A DNA stretch of 38,739 nt, from contig VBGG01000126.1 of assembly GCA_005883405.1 (NCBI GenBank), positions 1 to 38,739 of the forward strand, read 5' to 3'. Origin of the DNA: Chloroflexota bacterium (GTDB lineage: Bacteria; Chloroflexota; UBA6077; CF-72). A program made the translations under genes and the position numbers. Positions within the stretch are counted from its first letter, which is position 1, and every line of letters begins with the position of its first letter. This document shows positions 18,912-28,681 of this stretch, one piece after another. Under the pieces are notes generated by a model, which made no database searches, was not told where the DNA came from, and was given only the letters and a program-made list of their open reading frames with translations.

Positions 18912-19859
18912 CTACAGCTCGACCAGAATACCCTCACGAACTCCGAATGCCCCCAGCGGCTCGAGCAGATCGAGTGCCTGGCTGATCTCGGCGGCCGTCA
19001 CCACCCGCGACAGCTCGAGTGAGCGCATGGTGTCGGGCCGCAGATAGCCGCCGAGCATCGCGAAGTCTGTGCTGCCCTGGCCTGGCGCCAGGTGGTCGCG
19101 TCCCGTGTGGGTGTCGTGGATGTGCATGCCCACCAGGCGTGCGGCGTATCGTCGCAGCAGCTCCTCGTGCTCGAGGAACCCGAGATAGTCGAGCTTGGCA
19201 CCGTGGCCGGCATCGTGCCAGTAGCCGACGGGCAGCCCATCGCAGGCTGAGAGCACCTCTGCGAACTCGTCCAGGCTGGGGATCTCGAAGTAGCCGTCGC
19301 GACACTCGACACCCAGCCGCACGCCGCTGCCGGCCGCGTGCTCTCCTAGCGCGCGAATGCTGGCCAGCGCTGACTGCAGATGGGGTGCCTTGGCGGCCTC
19401 GCGCTCCTGCCAGGCAGTATCGCGGAGGCGGAGGTGCTCATCCGACAGGCGACCATGTCGAGCGATGGTGTCGAAGATGGCTCCCTGGCGTGAGACCACA
19501 CCCGAATTGCCCAGGTGGACGACGATGGCCCGCGCGCCGACTTCGACCGCCGCGTCGATGGTGGCCTTGTGTGCGTCGACCGCGCGGTTGCGCTCGACGG
19601 AGTTCGTCGAGGCGAGCCAATCGCCGGTCGGACTCGGGAAGCCATCCGGGCTGTTCGGCACCGGGCAGGGGCCGTGCAGGCTGGCGATCTGCATGTCGCG
19701 TCGGGCGGCCTCCGTGGCCAGGCCGCGCAGGCCATCGGCGGTGAAGTGGGCGTAGGCCTCGAGCCGCCGGAAGCCGAGGCCGCGATGCTGGTCGAGGAGT
19801 CGTTCAGGGCTGGCGCCTGGCCCATTCCAGGACGTCGACAGCCCAATCGGTTCAATCAC
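18912..19859 (-). CDS. Sugar phosphate isomerase/epimerase (xylose isomerase-like TIM barrel)
   Basis: SLHGP, VVHLG, LGVE, WHDAGH, HIHD, DHLAPGQG and LE metal-binding motifs. Confidence 0.85.
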   Translation of the reverse strand: MIEPIGLSTSWNGPGASPERLLDQHRGLGFRRLEAYAHFTADGLRGLATEAARRDMQIASLHGPCPVPNSPDGFPSPTGDWLASTNSVERNRAVDAHKATIDAAVEVGARAIVVHLGNSGVVSRQGAIFDTIARHGRLSDEHLRLRDTAWQEREAAKAPHLQSALASIRALGEHAAGSGVRLGVECRDGYFEIPSLDEFAEVLSACDGLPVGYWHDAGHGAKLDYLGFLEHEELLRRYAARLVGMHIHDTHTGRDHLAPGQGSTDFAMLGGYLRPDTMRSLELSRVVTAAEISQALDLLEPLGAFGVREGILVEL

Positions 19860-21081
19860 GCTCTGACTTTAGCTCGTTCGACGCCTCGCGCCTGGCGGGC
19901 AGGATGGCCAGCATCGCCAGCGCCGAAATCAACGTCAGCGCCCACAGCACGGGCTCATAGCTGTGCAGGGCATCGTAGGCGACGCCAGCGCCGAAGGGCG
20001 CCGCGGCTTGCGCCAGCGACAGCAGGAATTGCAGGACGCCGGCGATGCTGGCGAACTGGGCGGCGCCGTACAGGTCGGCCAGCAGAGCCGGCCGCGCCAG
20101 TGTGCTCAGGCCGCGCTGGGCTCCGAAGAGGAGCACGAACAGGAGCACGCCGGGCGTCGAACGCACAAGCAGCAACACCAGCAACGACAGTGGCTGCAGC
20201 GCCAGGATGGATGCCGCCAGCACCCGCGGCTTGATGCGGTTGCCGAATGGCGCCAGAAGCAATCGGGCGAGCACCTGCATCGCTCCGATGGCGCCCGTGA
20301 CGGCTGCAGCGAAGGTCGCGTCGTAGCCGAGGCCCTGCAGGTAGGGCAGGACATGGATGCTGACGGCGGCCGTCGAGACCGTCGCCAGCCAGAACGCGAG
20401 GGTCAGCCAGCGGAACGAAACATGGCGCAGGGCCTGGCCGACCTGCATCGCCGATCGACCGTGCTGGTCTTCGCAACGCCGCACAGGCGGCAGGCCGTCG
20501 GGCCCGAGCCCGAGATCTTCGGGCCTTCGCCGAAGCAGCACGGCGTGCGGCGCGATGGTGCCCACAGCCAGAATGGCCGCCAGGATCACCAGCGACGTGC
20601 GCCAACCCTCGGACTGGACGAGCCAGCCCGCCAGCGGGATGAAGATGGTGCTGGCGAAGCCGGCCATGAGCGTGATCACGGTGAGCGCGCGGACACGCTG
20701 ACGCTCGAACCAGCGCGAGGCAGTGGCAAACGCCGGGTCGTACAGCGTGGCGGACATCACCAGTCCGATCGCCGCCCAGATCAGATATAGCTGCGGCAGA
20801 TTGGCGACCTTCGACCAGGCCAGCACCAGCAGCGTCGCGGCCACCGATCCGACCGTCATCAACAGTCGCGGTCCGTGGCGATCCAGCCAGCGGCCGACGG
20901 GGATCGCCGCCAGGCCGGCCAGGAGCACCGCCAGTGAGAACGCGCCGGTCATATCGCCGCGTGACCAGCCGAGCTCGGCCTCCATCGGCGCCAGGTAGAC
21001 CGTAAACGCGTAGTACAGGACGCCCCACGAGATGGTCTCGGTCACGCCGAGGGTGACCATGAGCACCCAGCCGTAATACAC
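19852..21081 (-). CDS. MFS transporter
   Basis: About 12 TM helices; GRWLDRHGPR motif A. Confidence 0.9.
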   Translation of the reverse strand: MYYGWVLMVTLGVTETISWGVLYYAFTVYLAPMEAELGWSRGDMTGAFSLAVLLAGLAAIPVGRWLDRHGPRLLMTVGSVAATLLVLAWSKVANLPQLYLIWAAIGLVMSATLYDPAFATASRWFERQRVRALTVITLMAGFASTIFIPLAGWLVQSEGWRTSLVILAAILAVGTIAPHAVLLRRRPEDLGLGPDGLPPVRRCEDQHGRSAMQVGQALRHVSFRWLTLAFWLATVSTAAVSIHVLPYLQGLGYDATFAAAVTGAIGAMQVLARLLLAPFGNRIKPRVLAASILALQPLSLLVLLLVRSTPGVLLFVLLFGAQRGLSTLARPALLADLYGAAQFASIAGVLQFLLSLAQAAAPFGAGVAYDALHSYEPVLWALTLISALAMLAILPARREASNELKSERD

Positions 21082-21251
21082 GCGCTGTGTGAGAGCCTAC
21101 GCGGTTTGGGCCGCGCGATTCTGAGGAGGCCGCATCGCGGCCCGTGTTACCATTCGTCACTCAAACTATACGCAACCGACGCCGATCCGGCGACGATCGT
21201 TGGCGGATCGCGACGCAAGATGGACAGGGGCTTGCCATAGGATTCTCGGTG

Positions 21252-21632
21252 GTGAACTCGAATGATCGGCTTGTCCTCGTCGTAGAGGACGAAGAGGCCA
21301 TTCGCGAAGTCATAACCGACGTGCTGGAGGAGCGTGGGTTCGGTGTCGTGTGCACCAGAAACGGTGCCGAAGCCATCCAGTTCCTGCAAAAAGCGCGTCC
21401 GGAAGTGGTGGTGCTCGACCTGCTGATGCCGGTCATGCACGGCTGGGCATTCATGGAGGAGTACGTCGAGCGGATCGATGGCGCGCCGATCCCGATCGTG
21501 ATCGTGTCGGTGAACCCGGCCCTGCCGCGCTCGTTCGAGCAGTTCGGCGTCAAACGCATCCTCGCCAAACCGTTCGACCTGGACGATCTGGCGGACGCTG
21601 TCGAACAAGCAGCCCAGACCGCCGCGGCCTGA
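21252..21632 (+). CDS. Single-domain response regulator; start approximate
   Basis: VLVVEDE, VLDLLMP and AKPFD motifs. Confidence 0.88.
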   Translation: MNSNDRLVLVVEDEEAIREVITDVLEERGFGVVCTRNGAEAIQFLQKARPEVVVLDLLMPVMHGWAFMEEYVERIDGAPIPIVIVSVNPALPRSFEQFGVKRILAKPFDLDDLADAVEQAAQTAAA

Positions 21633-22138
21633 ACGGAGCTTTCAGCTATCTGCTCGACAGCCGCGAGCGGCTGACGCCCGTCGATCACCAGACCCATCGA
21701 CGCTACGTCTTTAATGTTCCGCCAGGCTGCACCGGGCTTCGAATTCGCGTGCGGTACGCCCCGAAATATCTGCCGCGAGCCGATTCCGCGCGGCTGGCCG
21801 CACAGGCGGTGGAGGCCCAGGCATCATCGCTTGCGGCGCGGGTCGGGGAGCCGTTGGCGGCGCAGTGGCGAGCCGAGATGGACGTGATTGCGTCCACGAC
21901 ACGCGTGCCGAACCTGCTGACCATCTCGCTTGACGACGCCGCGGGCGCCTACCGCGGGGCGGGCCATCGGCATCATGCACGGCAGGATCTGCTTGTGGGC
22001 GTCGCGGCGGCCTCGCCAGGCCTGGTGGCCGGCCCGCTTCCAGCGGGACAGTGGACGCTCACGCTCAGCGCCCACACGCTGGTGACGCCTCAGTGCGACG
22101 TCTCGATCCAGATCGGGGCGGAAACGGCCTCGAGCTGA
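21629..22138 (+). CDS. Hypothetical protein resembling the N-terminal beta domain of CehA/McbA-type hydrolases; CTG start inferred
   Basis: YVFNVPPG..LRIRVRYAPK, NLLTISLDD..YRGAGH, ASPGLVAGPLPAGQW; CTGA overlap with the upstream stop codon. Confidence 0.6.
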   Translation: MNGAFSYLLDSRERLTPVDHQTHRRYVFNVPPGCTGLRIRVRYAPKYLPRADSARLAAQAVEAQASSLAARVGEPLAAQWRAEMDVIASTTRVPNLLTISLDDAAGAYRGAGHRHHARQDLLVGVAAASPGLVAGPLPAGQWTLTLSAHTLVTPQCDVSIQIGAETASS

Positions 22139-22977
22139 CTGTTCGCGTCGCGCCTTATCGCATACATGGCGCGTCGCCCGTCACGTACCTCGATGGTTTC
22201 GACCTGAGCTGAGCCCGAGGTTCGCGGCTTCCATGACCCCTCGGCGACGTGCTCGCCGAGGAGCGCGACGCTGCCCAGGCTGTCATGCTCGAGCCAGAAC
22301 TCGAAAGGCGCACCGACCGCGGCGACAACACGCCGCTGCCGCAGCGCATCGAGCACGCCGGCGCAGCTGCGCTCGCGCGCGTAAACGTAGGTGGCGGGCC
22401 TGCGGCGCGCCGCTCCGGGTTTCGAGTGCACGTCGCCGGCCGCGGCTGGCGCCGTTATGCCGCCGCGCACGAGAAGTTGTCGCCACAGCGCCAGATCCAG
22501 CTCTACTTCGGCGCCGGGCGAATTGAAGATCTCCCACAGGTCGACCGATGCCGGCTCGATGGGCCAGTCCCAGCCGCAGCCGCTGCAGATGGGCGAGCCG
22601 AGCGCCGCGGCGTGGGCCACGCTGAGCACACCACCGTCGGCTCTGACTTCGGCAGCGAGCGCGTTGATACCGCGCGCTTCGAGATCCCGCCACTCGGGCA
22701 CATGACGGACGCCCAGAACCACGGCGTGTCCCCGAAACGTCGTCACCTCCACGCCCGGCACCAGGATCAAGCCCAGCCTGTCGGCAGCTTCGACCGCCTC
22801 GGGCAGACCGCTGAGCGTGTTGTGGTCGGTGAGCGCGACCGCGTCGTAACCAACCGAACGGCAGGCTTCGAACATGGCCGCCACGCTGTCCTGACCGTCG
22901 CTGTGGAGCGTGTGCAGGTGCGGCTCGAGCTTCAGCAGCCTCAGGTCACGCTGGGCGTACGGACCCGCCTCCGCCAT
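22090..22977 (-). CDS. PHP-domain CehA/McbA-family metallohydrolase
   Basis: HLHTLHSDG, ALTDHN, PGVEVTTFRGH, CSGCGW and GDVH motifs. Confidence 0.85.
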   Translation of the reverse strand: MAEAGPYAQRDLRLLKLEPHLHTLHSDGQDSVAAMFEACRSVGYDAVALTDHNTLSGLPEAVEAADRLGLILVPGVEVTTFRGHAVVLGVRHVPEWRDLEARGINALAAEVRADGGVLSVAHAAALGSPICSGCGWDWPIEPASVDLWEIFNSPGAEVELDLALWRQLLVRGGITAPAAAGDVHSKPGAARRRPATYVYARERSCAGVLDALRQRRVVAAVGAPFEFWLEHDSLGSVALLGEHVAEGSWKPRTSGSAQVETIEVRDGRRAMYAIRRDANSQLEAVSAPIWIETSH

Positions 22978-23102
22978 CAATCACTGCCCATGGTAGGCGC
23001 GCCCGCCACCCGCGCTCGTCTCGCATGCTTTCGGCGGTGCGAATGTCGTCAGCGAGACGTCGGGCCAGTAGCATGAGCACCAGTTCGCGAGGGAGTCGTT
23101 CG

Positions 23103-24295
23103 ATGACCGTGACGAGCAGGCGACAGTTCCTTTTCCTGGCCGGCGGGGGCTCGGCGGCGCTGCTTGCGGCGTGCACCTCTCCGAGCGCACAGGCCCCGGC
23201 GCCGACCACCGCGCCGCCCGCGGCGCAGCCGACGCAAGCGGCCAAACCCGCGGCCCAGCCCACCGCCGTGCCCGTCGCTCAGCCGACCGCGGCGCCCGCG
23301 GCAGCCGCCTCGGGCGACATCAACCTGTATGTCGGCGGCGACGTCAACATTCGTGACCTGTGGCAGAAGCAGCTCCTGCCGGCGTACCAGAAGGTCAAGC
23401 CCAACGTGAGCTTCACGCTCATCTTCGATGAGCACGCGCTCAGCGAGCAGGCAGTCTTCGACAAGCTGGCCGCCGCCAAGCAGGCCAACGCGGTCTCGGG
23501 TGTCGACTTGTGGGAAGCAGGCGGACGTCTGAGCCAGGGCGGCGACGCGGGCCTGATCCAGAAGGTGACCTCGAAGGAGGTCCCGAACCTGGACAAAGTC
23601 CCGAAGGACACCCTCGCCCGCTTCGCAGGCTTCGGCGTGCCCTACCGCGCCAGCTCCGTGGTGCTCGCCTATAACAGCGCTGAGGTGAAAACCCGCCCGA
23701 CAAGGGCGGCTCGGGCGGCAACTTCACGACGCGTGTGCTCGCGATGGGCATTCCCCAGGAGCAGTTGACCTTCTTCCAGACCCAGTACGACGAGGGCAAG
23801 GAGTCGATGTGGGAGCAAGGCTGGAAGACGCTCCAGGACCTGCACCCGCACATCTTCAACAACGGTTTCTACCCGGCGGGCAACATCCCGGTGCTCCAGA
23901 CGCTCGGCAAAGGCTCGATCGCGATGGCGCCGGTGTGGTCCGACCAGAGCCTGAGCTACCTGACGCAGAAGCTGCTGCCGCCCGAGGTCAAGCTGCTGCA
24001 GATCGACCCGCCGTTTGCGGGCAGCGCGGCGTACCTCGGTATTCCGTCGGACAGCAAGAACAAAGAAGTGCTGTACGAGTTTCTGAACTGGCTGCTCACG
24101 CCCTAGCCGCAGCAGCTCATCGTCGAGCAGATCAACGGCTACCCGGGCCTGGACTGGAAGTACATGGCGCCTGAGGTCCAGCAGAAGTTCGCCGACGTCG
24201 CCAAGGCCTACAGCTTCGAGTTCAGTCCGCAGTTCAACGCCGACCGCAACAAACTGTGGTACGAGAAGGTCGCCGGCACGCCGCCACCCGCGTAA
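23103..24295 (+). pseudogene. ABC substrate-binding Tat lipoprotein (PotD-like), disrupted
   Basis: SRRQFL Tat motif and LAAC lipobox. Frameshift/deletion at about 23692 (YNSAEVKT to PPDKGGSGGNF) and an in-frame TAG at 24104-24106. The protein-like frame continues to TAA at 24295. Confidence 0.82.
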
Positions 24296-24303
24296 CTGCC
24301 ATC

Positions 24304-24357
24304 CGCCTCTCCCTTTGGGAGAGGCCGCGCGCAGCGCGGGTGAGGGGTGCGTATCTG
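24304..24357 (+). repeat. REP-like palindrome between the binding-protein and permease genes
   Basis: CGCCTCTCCCTTTGGGAGAGGCCGCGCGCAGCGCGGGTGAGGGGTG is nearly the reverse complement of 6129-6173. Confidence 0.85.
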
Positions 24358-24359
24358 CG

Positions 24360-25268
24360 ATGGCGCACCGTTCCCTGAGCGACGCCCGCTGGCGCGAGGC
24401 GGCCATCGGCCTGGCCATGGTCGCGCCGCCGATCGCCGTGCTGCTGTTCCTGATCGCCCTGCCTGCCGTCCAGGCGACGATCTTCTCGCTGGGCATCGTC
24501 CCCAGCGACAACCTGGTGTTCAGCACCGGCCAGCATCTGATCAAAAGCGACGCACCCACGTTGGCCGTCTATCGCGACCTGCTGGCCAGCCCCTTCATCC
24601 GCGATGACCTGTGGCTCACCATCTGGATCAGCCTGCTGTCGGTGGTGCTGGTCGCGATCGTCTCCTATGTCCTGGCGCTGTATGTCCGCTTCGGCAGCGT
24701 CCCCTTGCCGCGCATCGTCCGCTCGCTGTACCTGGTGCCGATGTTCGTGCCGGTCGTGATCGCCTCCTACGCCGCGATCACCTTCTACGTGGATCGCGGC
24801 GTTCTGGCGTCCATCCTGCACGTCCTCGGGCTGCCGTTTGCCTCGCCCGCCTACAAGCCCGCTGGCGTGGTCATCACGCAGGTCTGGTTCAACATCCCGT
24901 TCGCCGTGCTGATGCTCGGGTCGGGCCTGGATGGCATCGAGCAGGAGTTGATCGAGTCAGCTCACGACGTGGGCGCCGGTTTCCTGCGGGTGCTCTGGCG
25001 CATCGTCCTGCCGATGAACCTCGTGCCGCTGTTGATCGTGCTCACGTTCACCTTCATCGGCGTCGTCGGCAGCTTCACCATCCCGTTTCTGATCGGTGCG
25101 AACGCACCGCAGATGATGGGCGTGGCCATCCAGGCGTACTTCTCCAACTACAACCAGCCCCAGCCCGCGGTGGCGATGGCGGTCCTGCTGTTCGCCATCT
25201 GCGCGCTGGCTGGTGCCCTGTACGTCTGGGCCACCTCGCGCTCCGGGAAGCACGCGGTGACGGTGTGA
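24360..25268 (+). CDS. ABC transporter permease (PotB-like)
   Basis: Multiple TM helices; EAA loop LIESAHDVGA. Confidence 0.88.
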   Translation: MAHRSLSDARWREAAIGLAMVAPPIAVLLFLIALPAVQATIFSLGIVPSDNLVFSTGQHLIKSDAPTLAVYRDLLASPFIRDDLWLTIWISLLSVVLVAIVSYVLALYVRFGSVPLPRIVRSLYLVPMFVPVVIASYAAITFYVDRGVLASILHVLGLPFASPAYKPAGVVITQVWFNIPFAVLMLGSGLDGIEQELIESAHDVGAGFLRVLWRIVLPMNLVPLLIVLTFTFIGVVGSFTIPFLIGANAPQMMGVAIQAYFSNYNQPQPAVAMAVLLFAICALAGALYVWATSRSGKHAVTV

Positions 25269-26137
25269 CGACCGCCTCACTCCCGAAGCCCGAAGTCGCG
25301 CCCGGCCTGCGGCTCACGTGGTTCTGGGACGTACCGGAGTTCCGTCGCGCGATGGGGCTCGTGCTGGTGCTCGCGCTGAGCAGCTTCTTGCTGCTGCCGC
25401 TCCTCACCTTGCTGCTGTGGGCGTTTGCCGATGAGTGGCGGTACCCGGGTGTCGTGCCGCAGTCTGCATCTCTGAAGTGGTGGGACTGGGTGTTGACCAA
25501 CGGGGACGTCGGTTCGGCCGTGCGCTACAGCTTTATGACCGCGCCCGTGGTCACGCTGATCGCCGCGATCATCTGCCTGCCCGCGGCGTACAGCTTTTCG
25601 CGGTTTCGCTTCCCCGGTCGAAGGACGCTGTTCATCAGCTTGCTGGCCGCGAACGCGTTCCCCAAGATCGGTCTGTACGTGGCCATCGCCACGCTGTTCT
25701 TCCGCCTGAATCTGATGGGCACGTACTGGGGCGTGGTCCTGATCCAGCTGGTGGGCACGCTCGTGGCGATGGTCTGGATCCCCGCCGCGGGCTTCGACAG
25801 CGTCTCCCGCGAGCTCGAAGACGCCGCGCGTGACGCCGGCGCCGGTCCGCTGCGCGTCTTCTGGAGCATCACCTTGCCGCTCGCGATGCCGGCGATCGTC
25901 GTCGCGTCGTTTCTGGCATTCATCGCCGCGTTTGACGAAGCGCAGGGCACGCTGATTGTCGGGTCGCCGACGATCGTCACCATGCCGACGCTGATGTACA
26001 CGCTGGTGGTGAATTATCCCGAGCCGGTAGGCGCCATCTTCTCGATTCTGCTGTCGGCGCCATCGGTCATCCTGCTGCTGATCGCACGCCGCTTTCTACT
26101 CGCGGGCTATCTCGCCGCCGGCTTCAAAGGTCGCTGA
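25265..26137 (+). CDS. ABC transporter permease (PotC-like)
   Basis: GTGA overlap with the upstream gene; EAA loop LEDAARDAGA..ITLPLAMP. Confidence 0.88.
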   Translation: MTTASLPKPEVAPGLRLTWFWDVPEFRRAMGLVLVLALSSFLLLPLLTLLLWAFADEWRYPGVVPQSASLKWWDWVLTNGDVGSAVRYSFMTAPVVTLIAAIICLPAAYSFSRFRFPGRRTLFISLLAANAFPKIGLYVAIATLFFRLNLMGTYWGVVLIQLVGTLVAMVWIPAAGFDSVSRELEDAARDAGAGPLRVFWSITLPLAMPAIVVASFLAFIAAFDEAQGTLIVGSPTIVTMPTLMYTLVVNYPEPVGAIFSILLSAPSVILLLIARRFLLAGYLAAGFKGR

Positions 26138-27339
26138 TGGCGAGGCTCGAGCTCGATCACCTGGTAAAGCGGTATGGCCGCGGTGGCGAGCCCGCCGTGC
26201 AGGACCTGTCGCTCGAAGTAAATGACGGCGAGTTCGTGTGTCTGCTGGGGCCGTCGGGCTGTGGCAAGACGACGACGCTGCGCCTGATCGGCGGGTTTCT
26301 CAAGCCCGACGCGGGCGACGTGCGCATCGATGGCACGAGCATCCTGAAAGAGCCGCCCGAGCGACGGCCAACGGCGATGGTCTTCCAGCGCTACGCGCTG
26401 TGGCCGCACATGACCGTGTGGGACAACATCGCTTTCGGCCTGCAGGTGCGCCGCCGGCCGCGTGATGAGATCGCCCGACGTGTCGAGGCGGCGCTCGAGC
26501 TGGTCGGGCTGCCAGCGATGGGCCGCCGTTATCCGGCTCAGCTTTCGGGAGGTCAGCAACAGCGCGTCGCCCTGGCACGGGCGCTGGTCCTCGAGCCGCG
26601 CATCCTGCTGCTCGACGAGCCACTCTCCAACCTGGACGCACAGCTGCGTGTGCATATGCGCACGGAGCTCACCGCCATTCAGCGCCGCGTGGGGATCACC
26701 ACGGTCTTTGTCACCCACGATCAGGAGGAGGCGATGTCCATCGCCGATCGGATCGCGGTGATGAACGCGGGAGTGCTCGAGCAGATGGACTCGCCCGAGG
26801 AGATCTACGCCCAACCCGCGACGCTGTTCGTGGCGACGTTCATCGGCACCATGAACCGTCTCGACGCCCACGTAGATGCCGGCTGGGTTCGAGCTGGCCC
26901 GTTCGTGGCGGCCTTGCCCGACATAGGTCGGCTGAATGCTGGTAGCGGCGCTAGCGTGGATGGCGCGCTGGTCGCGGGCGTGCGACCCGAGGACCTGGTG
27001 CTCGAGACAGCCGGGCAAGGCGTGCCCGCGCGCATCGACAGCGTGGTCGACCTCGGCCACTACCGCCGCGTGACGCTCACCGCGGAAGGCACCAGTCTGC
27101 TGGCATTTGTCCCGCGGTCGGAGCCCATTCCCACCGACCGCCTCACCGTCGCTCCCCGCCGCCTATTGCTGTACGCCGACGGTCACCTGCTGGCAACCAA
27201 CGAAGGCGGCGTGAAGCGCAGCGGGTCGAACGCTTCGGGATCGACGGGCGGCGGTTCGCCGTCGATCAGCGCCATCAGCAGCGCGATCGAGCCGGGCAAG
27301 GGCGCGATTCCGCTCGGCCCGTGGCCCGTCAGGAAGTAG
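26137..27339 (+). CDS. ABC transporter ATP-binding protein (PotA/MalK-like)
   Basis: GPSGCGKT, LSGGQQQR, LLDEP, VTHDQEEA and GVRPED motifs. Confidence 0.92.
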   Translation: MARLELDHLVKRYGRGGEPAVQDLSLEVNDGEFVCLLGPSGCGKTTTLRLIGGFLKPDAGDVRIDGTSILKEPPERRPTAMVFQRYALWPHMTVWDNIAFGLQVRRRPRDEIARRVEAALELVGLPAMGRRYPAQLSGGQQQRVALARALVLEPRILLLDEPLSNLDAQLRVHMRTELTAIQRRVGITTVFVTHDQEEAMSIADRIAVMNAGVLEQMDSPEEIYAQPATLFVATFIGTMNRLDAHVDAGWVRAGPFVAALPDIGRLNAGSGASVDGALVAGVRPEDLVLETAGQGVPARIDSVVDLGHYRRVTLTAEGTSLLAFVPRSEPIPTDRLTVAPRRLLLYADGHLLATNEGGVKRSGSNASGSTGGGSPSISAISSAIEPGKGAIPLGPWPVRK

Positions 27340-27386
27340 AGGCCCTCGCATGCGCCTCGGCCGATCAGTGGCAGCCTGCCCGCGGC
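27183..27386 (-). pseudogene. C-terminal remnant of a DAO/glycine-oxidase-family FAD oxidoreductase
   Basis: Manual translation GRLPLIGRGACEGLYFLTGHGPSGI..LMALIDGEPPPVDPEAFDPLRF; no start codon, and an in-frame stop just upstream. Not in the ORF track. Confidence 0.7.
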
Positions 27387-27458
27387 CTATCCCCTCCGAA
27401 AGTGTCTAGCGACTGACATTCTGTCCGCCCGACGCCTCCGAGGCGAAGCGGTGCCCCA

Positions 27459-27716
27459 CCAGAAGTTCGGCCGACAAGCCGCTTTCGGCACAAGACGCAG
27501 TCGGCCGACCTTCTTGTGACAGTTGGCCTAGAAGTTCGGCCGACAAGCCGCCTTTTCGGCACGAGTCGCAGGCGGCCGAACTTCTTTGACAGATTGGCCT
27601 AGTAACGCGGCCACCGAGATTTCGAGGCATTTCATACTTTTCGGCCGCGTTCCTAGGACCGCGGCCACCGAGACTCCGAGGCATTCACTACCTTTTCGGC
27701 CGCGGTCCTGGGCACT
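27459..27716 (+). repeat. Modular palindromic repeat array A-A-B-B with CTAG junctions (MITE/REP-like)
   Basis: Two ~70-bp A units (GAAGTTCGGCCG..CGGCCGAACTTC) and two ~54-bp B units (CGCGGCC..GGCCGCG), with CTAG at 27528, 27599 and 27653. Confidence 0.88.
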
Positions 27717-27785
27717 GTCACAGCCGAGGACTGGTTCCGGCAGTGATTCGGCGATGCCTCGGGGTAGGATGGGCAGCCGGAGCCG

Positions 27786-28505
27786 ATGAGCTGGGACGAG
27801 GCGTTCGCCGATCACTACGAGGAATGGTCGGCATCGATGACGGCCGACGTTGCGTTCTACGTCGAGCTGGCACGCGAGGCGAACGGGCCGCTGGTCGAGC
27901 TTGCCATCGGGAATGGGCGGGTCGCGATCCCCGTGGCGCAGGCGACGGGCCAGCGGGTTGTCGGCATTGACTCCTCGCCGGCGATGCTTGCGCAAGCCCG
28001 TGCCCGGGCGGCCAAAGCGGGCGTGCAGCTCGACTTGCGCGAGGGTGACATGCGGGATCTTGCGCTCGAGGAGCCGGCCGCGCTGATCTACTGTCCATTC
28101 CGGGCGCTCCTGCACCTGCCGACCTGGGCCGACCGCCGCCGTACCTTCGAGCGCGTTGCCGCCTCGCTCCGCCCTGAGGGGCGGTTCGCCTGGAACGCGT
28201 TTGCCTTCGACCACCGGATCGCCGCGCGCCTCGACGGCCAGCACCAGGAGAAGCCCGTCCCGCACACGATCCAATACTCGGTGGGCGACAACCGCATCGA
28301 CATCACGCTCGACGGCGGTGGGAAGAGCTCGCTGTGGCCGGCAACCAAGAACGAGTGGCTCGGGCTGCTCGACGTCGCCGGTCTCCAGGTGGAGGCGCTC
28401 TACGGCGGCTTCGCCCACGAGCCGTTTGCCGACGACAGCCAGGAATACGTGTTCGTCGCCCGCCGTCCTCGAGTGACGTTGCTGGTCTCAGCGGCGCGTT
28501 CTTGA
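27786..28505 (+). CDS. Class I SAM-dependent methyltransferase
   Basis: DVAFY, VELAIGNGRV, GIDSSPAML, EGDMRD and LRPEGRF motifs. Confidence 0.88.
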   Translation: MSWDEAFADHYEEWSASMTADVAFYVELAREANGPLVELAIGNGRVAIPVAQATGQRVVGIDSSPAMLAQARARAAKAGVQLDLREGDMRDLALEEPAALIYCPFRALLHLPTWADRRRTFERVAASLRPEGRFAWNAFAFDHRIAARLDGQHQEKPVPHTIQYSVGDNRIDITLDGGGKSSLWPATKNEWLGLLDVAGLQVEALYGGFAHEPFADDSQEYVFVARRPRVTLLVSAARS

Positions 28506-28609
28506 GGCTGCCGCAGTTCGCCAGCGGCATCCTCGGCGGCGCGGTCATCGACCGCCTGGGCTATCGGCGTGTCAGCGTTGCCGCCGACCTGATCAGCGGC
28601 GCTGGCACC
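28475..28609 (+). pseudogene. Short internal fragment of an MFS transporter
   Basis: LPQFASGILGGAVIDRLGYRRVSVAADLISG contains MFS motif A, with no flanking transporter sequence. Confidence 0.6.
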
Positions 28610-28681
28610 GCCGGTCGGCCAGCACGCGGCGCGCCCCGGGTGAACAGCGGGCTGCCTGCTGTCAGGTCGGCTGCGCTGATA

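Noticed and set aside
24104-24106. Pyrrolysine or programmed amber read-through in the binding protein
   Set aside because: No pyl genes are seen, TAG is a normal stop elsewhere in the window, and the gene has a second lesion. A point mutation or sequencing error is simpler.
27459-27716. CRISPR array
   Set aside because: The interiors are homologous between units rather than unique spacers, there are two unit types, and no cas genes are present.
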